A stretch of 64,000 nt of DNA from Gemmatimonadota bacterium (GCA_003222055.1 QHUT01000054.1:15022-79021), one strand, 5' to 3'; positions 42,352 through 51,902 are shown, numbered from the stretch's first letter. The notes: generated by a model not told the origin, from the sequence alone. Made by a program: numbers and translations.

Positions 42352-43343
42352 GCGACCAGGCGATCCACCGCGGCGGCCACGTCCGCGGGCGTGATGTCGG
42401 CGAGGCAGCGATGGTGCCCGAGGGGGCAGGCGGCCGTGCCGGTGGCCGAGCAGGGACGGCAGTCGAGCTCGCGTTCGAGCACCACGGAGGGGGCCACGTA
42501 CGGGAAGAAGCCGAACTGCGCGACCGTAGGCCCGAACAGCGCGACGACCGGCGTGTCGACGCCGGTCGCCATGTGCATGATGCCCGTGTCCCCCGATACG
42601 ACGACGCGGGCGCATTGCAGCAGGGCGCCCGTCTCCTGGAGCGAGAACTCTCCGGCGGCGCTCGCCGCTGCGCCTCCCGCCACGAGCTGCTGGGCGAGGC
42701 CGCGGTCTTCCGGCCCGCCGACCACGACGGCCCGGTACCCGGCCGTGCGCAGGCGTTCGGCCAGGGCAGCCCAATGCGCGATGGGCCAGCGCTTGGTGGC
42801 GTGGGCGGCGCCGGGCCCGAGCGCCGCGAGCGGCGCGTCGGCGAGGCCGCGCTCCGCGAGCCACTGCGCCACCCGTGCGGTGGCGCCCGCGCCGAGCCAG
42901 AACTCAGGGGGACCGCCGTCGGGGCGGGCGTCGAGCCGGCGCGCGGCCTCGAAGTAGCGCTCGGCCACGGGCGTGGGGCGGCGGTAGGCGTCGAGCTTGG
43001 TGGAGATGAGCAGCGAGCGGGCCAGCTTCCGCTTGCGGTACCCCGACCAGCGGCAGCGCACCAGCAGGCGCAGCCCGGCGCTGCGGATGCTGCCGTGGAG
43101 GTCGAGCCCGTGGGTCGGCGCCAGTGTTCGCAGCCGCCGGGCCAGGTGGCGCAGCGGCTCGTCCTGCTCGAGCGCGACGACTGCGGCGACGTAGGGGTTG
43201 TCGGCGACGAGCGGCGCCATCGCGCGCTTCGTCACATACACGAGCTTCGCCTCGGGGTGGCGGCGGGCGAGCGCCCGCACGAGCGGCGTGGTGAGCAGGA
43301 TGTCGCCGATGGAGCTGAACCGGACGAGGAGGACGCACAGCAC
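42348..43343 (-). CDS. Glycosyltransferase family 9 (LPS heptosyltransferase-like)
   Basis: VLLVRFSSIGDILLTTPLVRALARRHPEAKLVYV...SGDTGIMHMA. GTG start. Confidence 0.85.
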   Translation of the reverse strand: MLCVLLVRFSSIGDILLTTPLVRALARRHPEAKLVYVTKRAMAPLVADNPYVAAVVALEQDEPLRHLARRLRTLAPTHGLDLHGSIRSAGLRLLVRCRWSGYRKRKLARSLLISTKLDAYRRPTPVAERYFEAARRLDARPDGGPPEFWLGAGATARVAQWLAERGLADAPLAALGPGAAHATKRWPIAHWAALAERLRTAGYRAVVVGGPEDRGLAQQLVAGGAAASAAGEFSLQETGALLQCARVVVSGDTGIMHMATGVDTPVVALFGPTVAQFGFFPYVAPSVVLERELDCRPCSATGTAACPLGHHRCLADITPADVAAAVDRLVA

Positions 43344-43399
43344 GTGCCAAATAAGTCCTGCGTTGCCCGGGTTCGCCAGTCGCCATTAGCTTAGGCCTT

Positions 43400-45001
43400 A
43401 TGGCGCGGCCCAAGACCATTCTGTGGGTGGACGACGAAGTGGAGGGGCTCGCCGCCCACCGTCGCTTTCTCGAAGCCCAGGGGTTCAGCATCGCGTCGGC
43501 GGCGCACGGCGACGACGCTCTCGCGCTCCTGCGGCGCCAGTCCTACAGCATCGTGCTGCTCGACGAGCAGATGCCGGGGCGGCGCGGGCTCGAGCTGATC
43601 GGCGAGATCCGGGCGATCGACGCCGGCGTCCCGGTGGTGATGGTCACCCAGAGCGAGGACGAAGGCACGCTGCGCGAAGCGATCGGCATCGAGGTGGACG
43701 ATTACTTGGTCAAGCCGGTCCAGCCGCGCCAGATCCTCTCGGTCGTGACGCGCCTGCTCGAGGGCGACCGCATCCGCCAGCAGCGGCTGGCACGCGACTT
43801 CGTCACCCGGTTCCGCGAGCTCGAAGGGCGCCGCGGCGCGACGCTCGCCTGGCGCGAATGGATCGAGCTGGTCGCCGAGCTGGCCCGCTGGGAGGTGCGG
43901 CTGGCGGCCGCCAACGAGCCCGGGCTGTCGGAGGCGCTGCGCGCGCTGCAGCGGTCGCTTCGCAAGGACTTCGCCGAGTACGTGGCGCGCCAGTATCCCC
44001 GCTGGCTCGCCGCCCCGGAAGGCGACCGGCCGCCGCTCTCGGTCGACGTGGGAGCGGAGTTCCTGGTGCCGGTGCTCAAGGCCGAGGGACGCGCGCTGTT
44101 CGTCGTGATCGACTGCCTCCGGCTCGACCAGTGGGAGGTGCTGCGCGATCTGGTGACGCCGCTGTTCGACGTCGAGGAGTCGCACTACTACAGCATCCTC
44201 CCGACCGCGACGCCGTTCGCGCGCAACGCCATCTTCTCCGGGATGTTCCCGATGGAGATCGCGGCACGGCATCCTGCGTGGTGGGGGCAGCCGTCCGACG
44301 AGGAGAGTCTCAACGCGCACGAGGGTGAGCTGCTCGCCGAGCAGCTGGCGGAGCTCATCGGACGACCGGTCGCGGTGCGTTACGAGAAGCTGTTCAGCTC
44401 GGGCGAGGGGGACCTGGTGCGCCGGCTCCCGGCGCACCTCGCGCAGGACGGCGTCACGGCCCTGGTGTTCAACTTCGTGGACCAGCTCACGCACGGGCGC
44501 TCCGAGAGCGCGATCCTGTACGAGGTCGCGCGCGACGAGGCCGCGCTGCGGAGCCTCACGCGCACCTGGTTCGAGCGCTCCCCCGTGCTCGCGGCGCTGC
44601 GTGAGGCCGAGCGCCGCGGCGTGACGGTGCTGCTCACCACCGACCACGGCTCGATTCACTGCGAGACGCCGGCCACGGTGTACGCCAAGCGCGACGCGAC
44701 GGCCAACCTGCGCTACAAGTTCGGCGAAGATCTCCGCAGCGAGGATCCGGAGGCCGCGATCGCCGTGGAGGAGCTGAAGGCCTTCGGGCTGCCGGGCATG
44801 GGGCTCGGCGTCCGGCTGCTGCTGGCCACGTCGGACCGCTTCTTCGTCTATCCCACCAAGCTGCGCGAGTATCAGGCCCGCTACCGCGGGTCGTTTCTGC
44901 ACGGCGGCGTGACGCCGGAAGAAGTGATTCTCCCGGTCGCCCTGCTCACGCCGCGCGGGCGGTCGGGAGGCGGGCGCGCGGGCGGGGGAGGGACACGCTG
45001 A
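43400..45001 (+). CDS. Response regulator receiver fused to a PglZ/alkaline-phosphatase-superfamily domain (PorX-like)
   Basis: REC domain: ILWVDDEVEG...IVLLDEQMPGRRG...DDYLVKP. C-terminal domain: LFVVIDCLRLDQWEVL...ATPFARNAIFSG...FNFVDQLTHGRS...LLTTDHGS. Confidence 0.8.
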   Translation: MARPKTILWVDDEVEGLAAHRRFLEAQGFSIASAAHGDDALALLRRQSYSIVLLDEQMPGRRGLELIGEIRAIDAGVPVVMVTQSEDEGTLREAIGIEVDDYLVKPVQPRQILSVVTRLLEGDRIRQQRLARDFVTRFRELEGRRGATLAWREWIELVAELARWEVRLAAANEPGLSEALRALQRSLRKDFAEYVARQYPRWLAAPEGDRPPLSVDVGAEFLVPVLKAEGRALFVVIDCLRLDQWEVLRDLVTPLFDVEESHYYSILPTATPFARNAIFSGMFPMEIAARHPAWWGQPSDEESLNAHEGELLAEQLAELIGRPVAVRYEKLFSSGEGDLVRRLPAHLAQDGVTALVFNFVDQLTHGRSESAILYEVARDEAALRSLTRTWFERSPVLAALREAERRGVTVLLTTDHGSIHCETPATVYAKRDATANLRYKFGEDLRSEDPEAAIAVEELKAFGLPGMGLGVRLLLATSDRFFVYPTKLREYQARYRGSFLHGGVTPEEVILPVALLTPRGRSGGGRAGGGGTR

Positions 45002-46804
45002 ATGGGCCGCAGCACCCGGCTGCTGCTGCTGCTCCGTCCGTACACGCCGCTGTTCATCGTCAACCTCGTCGCCACCGTCGTGGCCTCGGTGCTCGATGGC
45101 GTCACGTTCGTGCTGCTCATCCCGTTCCTGCGCACGCTGTTCGGGCAAGAGGCGCTGCCCGCGTCGGGCGGCTCCGCCGTGGAGCGGCTGCTCGCCGCGG
45201 TCGTGGGCCCGGTGCTCGGGGCCGGGGCGCCCCACACCGCGCTGGGCAGCGTCGTGCTGGTGCTCCTGGGCACGCTGGTGCTCAAGAACGTGCTGGCCTA
45301 CGTCGCGGCGCTCACGAGCGTGTCCATCCAGGAGAACGTGGTGCGCGACCTGCGGGTGCGCCTGTTCGAGCACCTGCAGACGCTCTCGCTCGGATTCTTC
45401 CAGCGCACGCGCGGCGGGCAGCTCCTGGCGCGGGTGATCAACGACACCGACCAGGTGAAGACGGCGATCACCGCCGCGCTCGCGTCGCTGCTGCAGAACG
45501 CCAGCCTCATCGTCGTCTACGTCGGGATTCTCGTCGGTCTGTCCTGGCGCCTGACGCTCGTGGCCCTGGTGTGCGCGCCGCTCCTGGTGCTCATCGTGCG
45601 GCCGATGGTCGGCAAGGTGCGCCGCCGCTCGCGCGAGCAGGCCGACCAGCGCGGCGAGCTCACGAGTCTCGTGAGCGAGCTCGTCGCCTCCATCAAACTG
45701 GTACGGGCGTACGTGGCGGAGCGGTTCGAGGCCGATCGGTTTCGCGCGCTCGCCGACCGCTACCGCAAGGGGGTGTTGCGGGCGCAGCGCTATGCGTTGC
45801 TCACGAGCCCGGTGAGCGAGGTGTTTGGCGGGGGAGTCATCGTGTTGATTTTCGCGGTCGGTACGCGACTCGCGCTCGGGCAAACCGCCGTCCTGCGACC
45901 CGAAGTGTTGATCGCGTTCATCGCGGTGGCGCTGCGCCTCATGTCCCCGGTCAAGTCCGTGGCGAATTACCCCACGGCGATGGCCGGCGCGCTCGCGGCC
46001 GCGGATCGCGTGTTCGAGGTGCTCGACCTGAGCCCCGAGGAAGGGGATCGGCCCGGCGAGGTGCCCGCGCGCTTCGAGCGGTGCATCGAATACCGCGGCG
46101 TCACGTTCTCCTACAACGGCCAGGCGCCCGTGCTGCACGGCATCGACCTGGAGGTCCGGCGCGGTCAGGTGGCGGCGGTCGTGGGTCCGTCCGGGGCGGG
46201 GAAGACCACGCTGGTGGACCTGCTGCCGCGCTTCTACGAGCCGACGGGCGGCACGATCCTCGTGGACGGCGTTCCGATCTCACGGTTCACGCGCTCCAGC
46301 CTGCGGTCGCTGATGGGCATCGTCTCTCAGGAGACGATTCTCCTGAACGACACGGTGTTCGCGAACATCGCCTACGGGCGGAGCGATTTCACGCTCGCCC
46401 AGGTGCAGGCCGCGGCCCGCGCGGCCAACGCGGACGCCTTCGTCTCGCAGCTCCCCGACGGCTACGACACGCTCCTGGGGGAACGCGGCACGCGGCTCAG
46501 CGGGGGCGAGCGTCAGCGGATCGCCATCGCACGCGCCCTGCTGCGGGACCCGCCGATCCTGATTCTGGATGAGGCGACCAGCGCCCTGGACATGGAGTCC
46601 GAGCGTCTGGTGCAGGAGGCGATCGACCGGCTGATGGCGCACCGCACGACGTTCGTCATCGCCCATCGGCTCGCCACCGTGCAGCACGCCGACCTGATCG
46701 TGGTGCTCGCCGACGGGCGGGTCGTCGAGCACGGGACGCACGCCACGCTGTACGCGGCGGGCGGGTTGTATCGGCGCCTGCACGACATGCAGTTCCGCCC
46801 CTGA
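45002..46804 (+). CDS. ABC transporter permease/ATP-binding fusion, MsbA-like lipid exporter family
   Basis: Six-TM domain, then GPSGAGKTT, LSGGERQRIAIARAL and ILILDEATSALD. The ATG immediately follows the REC-PglZ stop. Confidence 0.88.
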   Translation: MGRSTRLLLLLRPYTPLFIVNLVATVVASVLDGVTFVLLIPFLRTLFGQEALPASGGSAVERLLAAVVGPVLGAGAPHTALGSVVLVLLGTLVLKNVLAYVAALTSVSIQENVVRDLRVRLFEHLQTLSLGFFQRTRGGQLLARVINDTDQVKTAITAALASLLQNASLIVVYVGILVGLSWRLTLVALVCAPLLVLIVRPMVGKVRRRSREQADQRGELTSLVSELVASIKLVRAYVAERFEADRFRALADRYRKGVLRAQRYALLTSPVSEVFGGGVIVLIFAVGTRLALGQTAVLRPEVLIAFIAVALRLMSPVKSVANYPTAMAGALAAADRVFEVLDLSPEEGDRPGEVPARFERCIEYRGVTFSYNGQAPVLHGIDLEVRRGQVAAVVGPSGAGKTTLVDLLPRFYEPTGGTILVDGVPISRFTRSSLRSLMGIVSQETILLNDTVFANIAYGRSDFTLAQVQAAARAANADAFVSQLPDGYDTLLGERGTRLSGGERQRIAIARALLRDPPILILDEATSALDMESERLVQEAIDRLMAHRTTFVIAHRLATVQHADLIVVLADGRVVEHGTHATLYAAGGLYRRLHDMQFRP

Positions 46805-46805
46805 C

Positions 46806-47672
46806 ATGCTCTCGGGTTTCACCATCGTCCGCAACGCGGTCACGCTCGACTACCCGATCGTGCCCGCGATTCGCTCGATCCTCGACATCTGCGACGAGGT
46901 GGTGGTCAACGTGGGATGCTCGGAGGACGGGACGCGCGACCTCGTCGCCGGCATCGGAGACCCGCGGGTGCGCATCCTCGACCGCGTGTGGGACTTCTCG
47001 CGTGGCGGCGGTACGCTGTCGTTCGAGACCAATCAGGCGATGGCGGCCTGCGGCGGGACGTGGGGCGTCTACATCCAGGCCGATGAGGTGCTACACGAGA
47101 CGGGGGCGGCGCTGATCCGTGATCGCCTGCGCGAATGGGACGCGGACTCGCGAGTCGAGGGTCTGCTGGTCGATTACCTGCACTTCTACGGTGACTTTTC
47201 CACGATCGCGACGGACCGGCATTGGTACCGCCGCGAAGTGCGCGTCGTGCGGCTCGGTGGACAGATCCACTCGTTCCAGGACGCCCAGGGGTTTCGGGTG
47301 GGGGCCGGAGACCGGCGCGTGCGGGCGCGGGTCACGGGCGCCAGGATGTTCCATTACGGGTGGGCGCGGCCGCCGGCATCCATCCGCACCAAGATCCTGG
47401 CCTCCAAGGCGATCTTCACCTCGCCCGTGGACCGGCTGGAGCGCCGGGCGGCGCAAGAAGGGCTCAACTGGCAGCCGTTGCTACGACGGTTCGCCGACGG
47501 CCATCCGCGGGTGGCGCAGCCGTGGATCGCCGCGCGGCGTGCCGCCTGGACCGGCCCCCCCATCCGCCCACGTCGTCTGTACCTGGGCCATGTGCGACTC
47601 TATCTGTCTCACTGGATCGAGCGGCTCACGGGGCACCGCCCGTTCGAATACCGGAACTACGTCGAGGTGTGA
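46806..47672 (+). CDS. Glycosyltransferase (GT2-like, A-type fold)
   Basis: MLSGFTIVRNAVTLDYPIVPAIRSILDICDEVVVNVG...YIQADEV. The family call is by resemblance. Confidence 0.6.
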   Translation: MLSGFTIVRNAVTLDYPIVPAIRSILDICDEVVVNVGCSEDGTRDLVAGIGDPRVRILDRVWDFSRGGGTLSFETNQAMAACGGTWGVYIQADEVLHETGAALIRDRLREWDADSRVEGLLVDYLHFYGDFSTIATDRHWYRREVRVVRLGGQIHSFQDAQGFRVGAGDRRVRARVTGARMFHYGWARPPASIRTKILASKAIFTSPVDRLERRAAQEGLNWQPLLRRFADGHPRVAQPWIAARRAAWTGPPIRPRRLYLGHVRLYLSHWIERLTGHRPFEYRNYVEV

Positions 47673-48643
47673 CGCGCGGGGCCGCTCACGGTCCCCCCTG
47701 TGGCAGCGACCCGGGGCGCGGACCGGCCCGGCGGCAGCCGTCCCGTCTCGAGCAGGCCCCGGTACATGCGCAAGTATTCCTGAGTCATCACGAGGTGTGA
47801 GAAGTGCCGCTCCGCATGCGCGCGGCAGGCGTGCGGGTCCCAGCCGGCCAGGCGGCGGCGCAGCTCCACCAACTCGTCCAGGGTCGTTCCCAATCCGCCG
47901 GTCTCGGCGGATACCAGCTCCGGCAGCGAGCCGCGGGGAGATCCGATGATCGGTGTACCGCTGGCGAGCGCCTCGAGGACGTTCACCGGGCAGGGATCTT
48001 CCCAGCGGACCGGCATCCACAGGCAGCGTGCTCCCGCCAGCAGGTCGCGCTTCCTCGTGCCTCCGACTTTGCCCACGAACTTCACAAAGCGCGAGAGACT
48101 CGGGCGCCATCCGCCCGCGAGTACCAGACGCACGCGACACCGCTTCGCGGCCGCGATGGCCACCTGCCAGCCCTTCACGCTGTGCAATCGGGCCAGGAAG
48201 AGGTCGTAGTCGTCCTTCTGGACGCGGAATTCGTATTCGTCGAGGCGAACGCCGTTGCGCACGAACGCGTCGGTTCCATGACGCCGTGCGTGGTCCTGAC
48301 TGACGCAGATAGTGCGGTCATCGGCCCGCTGCCCGCCGCTCAGGTTTCCGTGCAGCGTCCACACGCTGGGCACGCCGGCTGGAGGGTGTCGAAGCGTGCA
48401 GTGAAAGTGCATGAGGTCGACCGGCTCGCTGACGTAGCGGCGCAGCTCGAACTGCGGCGTCAGCACGTCTTCGGGCGACACTTCGACGACCCGTACGCCG
48501 GCGACGTGACTACCCTTTGGGGCGAGCAGAGTGACCTGGTGACCAAGCTCGATGAGTCCCTGACACAACCACACGACGATGCGCTCCGCGCCCCCGTACT
48601 TCGGAACGGGGAGCCGCACATGATGGAATTGGACGATGTGCAT
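47657..48643 (-). CDS. Glycosyltransferase family 4 (GT-B)
   Basis: MHIVQFHHVRLPVPKYGGAERIVVWLCQGLIELGHQVTLLAP...EALASGTPIIGSPRGSLPELV. It is a paralogue of the next gene. The C-terminal 328 aa of track ORF 47657..48970. Confidence 0.85.
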   Translation of the reverse strand: MHIVQFHHVRLPVPKYGGAERIVVWLCQGLIELGHQVTLLAPKGSHVAGVRVVEVSPEDVLTPQFELRRYVSEPVDLMHFHCTLRHPPAGVPSVWTLHGNLSGGQRADDRTICVSQDHARRHGTDAFVRNGVRLDEYEFRVQKDDYDLFLARLHSVKGWQVAIAAAKRCRVRLVLAGGWRPSLSRFVKFVGKVGGTRKRDLLAGARCLWMPVRWEDPCPVNVLEALASGTPIIGSPRGSLPELVSAETGGLGTTLDELVELRRRLAGWDPHACRAHAERHFSHLVMTQEYLRMYRGLLETGRLPPGRSAPRVAATGGTVSGPARHTST

Positions 48644-48648
48644 GGCCG

Positions 48649-49599
48649 TCAGGCCGGAACGCGTGACGTGGACCTTCCGGCCGGTAGCGTGCCGGTCTCG
48701 AGCAAGTGGCGGTACATGCGCAGGTATTCCTCCGCCATCACCAGGTGCGTGAAGAACCGCTCGGCGTGCGCCCGGCACGCCGCGGGGTCGCGCGTGTGGA
48801 TCTGCTCCGCGGCGGCAATGATCTCTTCCATCGTGTCGCACAGCGCGCCCACGTCGGACGATATCAGCTCCGGCAGCGCGCCGCGTCGCGTGCCCAGCAC
48901 CGGCGTGCCCGAGAGCAGCGCCTCGACGGTGACGAGGCCGAACGGCTCGTCCCATTGCGCCGGGTTCCACAGACAGCGAGCGCGCGCCAGCAGCGCGGCC
49001 TTGGTCGTGCCGTCCACTTCACCGACGTACTGCACCGATCCCGTGAAGCTGGGCCGCCAGCCGCCCGCCACGATCAGGCGGTGCCCGCTGTGCTTCGCGG
49101 CCTCGACCGCCCAGTGATAGCCCTTGGCGCTGTGCAGCTTGCCGAGGAACAGGTCGTACTGCGATACGCGCTTCGGAAACCGGCGGAAGACATAGTCGGC
49201 CGGATCGAGCCCGTTGTACACGAAGGTGTCGCTCTGGTGGCGGCGCGCGTGATCGTGGGACAGAAAGATGCTGTTGGGGGACGGAGGCGCGCCTCCCTTC
49301 AGGTTGCCGTGCACCGTCTGTACCAGCGGCGGGGAGGCGGGCGCGCGGCGCACCGGGAAGTGCACGTGCACCAGGTCGGCGTCACGCGGGACGTACGGCG
49401 CGAGCGCGGCGCCGTCGCCGAACTTGCGGGGCGGCACCGCCACGACCGTCGCCTCCGGGACGCGCGAGCCGGGGGGCGCGAGCAGCGTGACGCGCGCCCC
49501 CAGCGCCGCGAGCCCGCGTACCAGCGCCATGACCACGCGTTGTGGACCGCCGTAACCCTTCGCCGGCAGCGGCTGATGGGAGGCGACCGCGATGTGCAT
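48649..49599 (-). CDS. Glycosyltransferase family 4 (GT-B), tandem paralogue
   Basis: MHIAVASHQPLPAKGYGGPQRVVMALVRGLAALGARVTLLAP...EALLSGTPVLGTRRGALPELI. Confidence 0.85.
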   Translation of the reverse strand: MHIAVASHQPLPAKGYGGPQRVVMALVRGLAALGARVTLLAPPGSRVPEATVVAVPPRKFGDGAALAPYVPRDADLVHVHFPVRRAPASPPLVQTVHGNLKGGAPPSPNSIFLSHDHARRHQSDTFVYNGLDPADYVFRRFPKRVSQYDLFLGKLHSAKGYHWAVEAAKHSGHRLIVAGGWRPSFTGSVQYVGEVDGTTKAALLARARCLWNPAQWDEPFGLVTVEALLSGTPVLGTRRGALPELISSDVGALCDTMEEIIAAAEQIHTRDPAACRAHAERFFTHLVMAEEYLRMYRHLLETGTLPAGRSTSRVPA

Positions 49600-49628
49600 G
49601 GGCGAAATAGTATAACTACCTTTGTCGC
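49600..49628. promoter_or_regulatory. 29-bp divergent intergenic region with a single AT-rich block (AAATAGTATAAC)
   Basis: This is the only non-coding DNA between two divergently transcribed GT4 genes. TATACT (minus sense) lies 9 nt from one ATG, and TATAAC (plus sense) lies 12 nt from the other. Confidence 0.4.
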
Positions 49629-50723
49629 ATGCCAGGCCGGTCGCTCACGATCCTGCAGCTGACGCATCAGGGTGGTGGCTCCGGCTCGACGGTGGCGATC
49701 GCGAACCTGAGCCGGCAGCTCGCGCGGCGCGGGCATCGCGTGCTGATCGGCTGCCGGCCCGGCACCATGCTCGCGGGCCTCGCGCGCGACGCGGGGCTCG
49801 AGGTCGTGCCGCTCGACTTCCGCCGACTCGGGCCCCTGGCCACGGCGCTCGACGCCGTGATGGTGCGCGAGGCCGTCGACGTGGCGAACAGCAACGCCAC
49901 CCGCGACCGCCGCGCGCTCACCTGGCTGCGGTGGCGGCGGCGGCTGCCGCGCCCCTTCGTCGTGACGCGCCACACGATGCCCCTCACGCTGGCGCCGGAG
50001 CTGATCGCGGTGGCGCTCTCGGCCGATCGCACCATCGCCGTGAGCCCCGCGGTGGCGCGCGCGCTGCGCCGGCGCCTGCACCCGGGCGCCCGGCTCCGCG
50101 TCGTACCGAACGGCATCGACTGCGAACGGGTCGACGCGCCGCCTTCGCCCGCGGACCTTACCGCCGCGCGCGCGACCCTGGGCGACCTGGCCGGCCGGCC
50201 GGTCGTGCTCGTGCTGGCGCGCCGCAAGGACCAGCACATCCTGCTGGAGAGCCTCGCGGCCTTGCAGCAGCCGGTCGTGGTTGCGTGCGTGGGCATCGAA
50301 GGTGACGCCGAGCTGCGTGCGATCGAGCGGCGCCTGCCGGCGCGCCATCGCGTCGTGTACGTGCCCTTCACCGACCGGCCCCTCGCCTTCGCCCGCCTCG
50401 CGGACGTCTCCGCTCTGCCGTCGCGCATCGAGGGGCTCTCCATCGCGCTGCTCGAGACCATGGCCCTGGGATTGCCCGCGGTGGCCTCGCGTGCCGGGGG
50501 CAACCCGGACGTCATCACGTCGGGAGAGACCGGCGTGTTGGTGCCGCCGCTCGATGCGCTCGGCTGGGCCCGGGCGCTCGAGCGCGTGCTGGCGGATCGC
50601 GAGTTCGCGCGGCGCATCGCGCGGGCCGGGCGAGACCGCGTGCGGCATGAATTCACGCTGGAGCGTGCCGCCGAGCGGACCGAGGCGGTGTACGGCGAGG
50701 CCCTGGAGCGACGGCGCGGTTGA
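49629..50723 (+). CDS. Glycosyltransferase family 4 (GT-B)
   Basis: LTILQLTHQGGGSGSTVAIANLSRQLARRGHRV...EGLSIALLETMALGLPAVASRAGGNPDVI. Confidence 0.85.
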   Translation: MPGRSLTILQLTHQGGGSGSTVAIANLSRQLARRGHRVLIGCRPGTMLAGLARDAGLEVVPLDFRRLGPLATALDAVMVREAVDVANSNATRDRRALTWLRWRRRLPRPFVVTRHTMPLTLAPELIAVALSADRTIAVSPAVARALRRRLHPGARLRVVPNGIDCERVDAPPSPADLTAARATLGDLAGRPVVLVLARRKDQHILLESLAALQQPVVVACVGIEGDAELRAIERRLPARHRVVYVPFTDRPLAFARLADVSALPSRIEGLSIALLETMALGLPAVASRAGGNPDVITSGETGVLVPPLDALGWARALERVLADREFARRIARAGRDRVRHEFTLERAAERTEAVYGEALERRRG

Positions 50724-51895
50724 GTCCGACGCTCCTCCTCGCCCTCAATTTTCCGCCGTTCGGCGGCGGCATCGCCCGCATGATGGGGGAGGTCGCGCTC
50801 CGCTATCCGGAGCACGCCCTGCTGGTTTCCACGGGAACCTGGCCGGGGAGCGACGCCACCGACCCGCGGGTCCCCCAGACCGTCGACCGGGTGGCGGTGG
50901 GCGCGAAGCGGCTGCGCACCCTGAACGGGCTATTCCGCTGGACCCGGCGCGCCGCCACCCTGGCACGCGGGACGGACCCGGGATTCGCCTGGTGCGACGA
51001 GATCAAGCCCGCGGGGTACGCGGCGGCCTGGCTGCACGCCCGCCGCGGTCTCCCGTTCGGCGTGCTGGCGCACGGGGCGGACTTCCTGCTGCTCCAGGCG
51101 AAGGCACGACGCTCGCGCTTCAAGGGCTGGACGGCGAGGCGGATCCTCGAGCGCTGCGCGGTGGTCGTCGCCAACAGTCGCTGGACTGCGGACCTCGTCC
51201 GAGGGGTCCTCGAGTCCCTCGGCTGCCACGCCCTCGCCGCCGACGTGCGGGTCGTCCACCTCGGGACCACTCCCTCTCGTTTCCGGCCGGGAATCGATCC
51301 GGCGCCGGTGCGGCACAAGTATGGGCTCGACGGAGGCCCGTGGCTGCTCACGGTCGCCCGGCTCGACTTCCACAAGGGGGTCGACACGGTCATCCGTGCG
51401 CTCCCCGCAATCCGGGACGCCGTTCCGGGGACGCGCTATGCCATCGCGGGGATCGGAAGCCGGCGCGGCGCGCTCGAAGCGCTCGTCGCGGAGCTTGGTC
51501 TGGGCGACGCGGTTCGCCTGCTCGGCTTCGTGCCCGACGAGGAGCTGCCGGCGCTGTACAACGCGGCCGACCTGTTCGTGCTCGCCTCCCGGCGACACGA
51601 CCTGCTGGTGGAGGGATTCGGGATCTCGTGTGTAGAGGCATCCGCGTGCGGCCTTCCGGTGATCGGCAGCCGCTGCGGGGGCATTCCCGAGGCCATCCTC
51701 GAGGGGGAAACGGGGCTCCTCGTCGAGCCGGAGGATCCGGCCGCGGTGACGGCGGCGACGGTGCGGGTGCTCGAGGACGAGGCGCTGCGCCACCGCCTGG
51801 GCGCCGCCGGGCGCGCCGCGGTCGAGGGCTACTACAACTGGGACCGGGTCACGGCCGATCTGGTCCGGATCGACCGGGAATTCCGGCGACCGTGA
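50720..51895 (+). CDS. Glycosyltransferase family 4 (GT-B)
   Basis: LLLALNFPPFGGGIARMMGEVALRYP...EGFGISCVEASACGLPVIGSRCGGIPEAI. 4-nt overlap with the upstream gene. Confidence 0.85.
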   Translation: MSPTLLLALNFPPFGGGIARMMGEVALRYPEHALLVSTGTWPGSDATDPRVPQTVDRVAVGAKRLRTLNGLFRWTRRAATLARGTDPGFAWCDEIKPAGYAAAWLHARRGLPFGVLAHGADFLLLQAKARRSRFKGWTARRILERCAVVVANSRWTADLVRGVLESLGCHALAADVRVVHLGTTPSRFRPGIDPAPVRHKYGLDGGPWLLTVARLDFHKGVDTVIRALPAIRDAVPGTRYAIAGIGSRRGALEALVAELGLGDAVRLLGFVPDEELPALYNAADLFVLASRRHDLLVEGFGISCVEASACGLPVIGSRCGGIPEAILEGETGLLVEPEDPAAVTAATVRVLEDEALRHRLGAAGRAAVEGYYNWDRVTADLVRIDREFRRP

Positions 51896-51902
51896 CCGTA
51901 GA

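Noticed and set aside
43326-43345. Sigma-54-like -24/-12 motif TGGCACGTGCTGTGC on the minus strand
   Set aside because: It overlaps the GT9 start codon itself, so it cannot drive that gene. The -12 element is GTGC rather than TTGC, and the match is probably due to chance in GC-rich DNA. A similar weak match at 11872..11886 lies inside tamB.
43400-45001. The PglZ domain as a marker of a BREX or other phage-defence system
   Set aside because: The PglZ domain is fused to a receiver domain (PorX-like architecture). No brxC, pglX, brxL or other defence genes are nearby; the neighbours are envelope biosynthesis genes.
43391-46138. A 915-aa minus-strand ORF opposite the REC-PglZ and MsbA-like genes; similar shadows lie at 23896..25851, 59679..61847, 16794..18548 and 49299..50648
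   Set aside because: These are antisense to genes with unambiguous motifs (Walker A/B, CxxCH, SxxK and others), and their composition is dominated by R, G, A, P, H, E and D.
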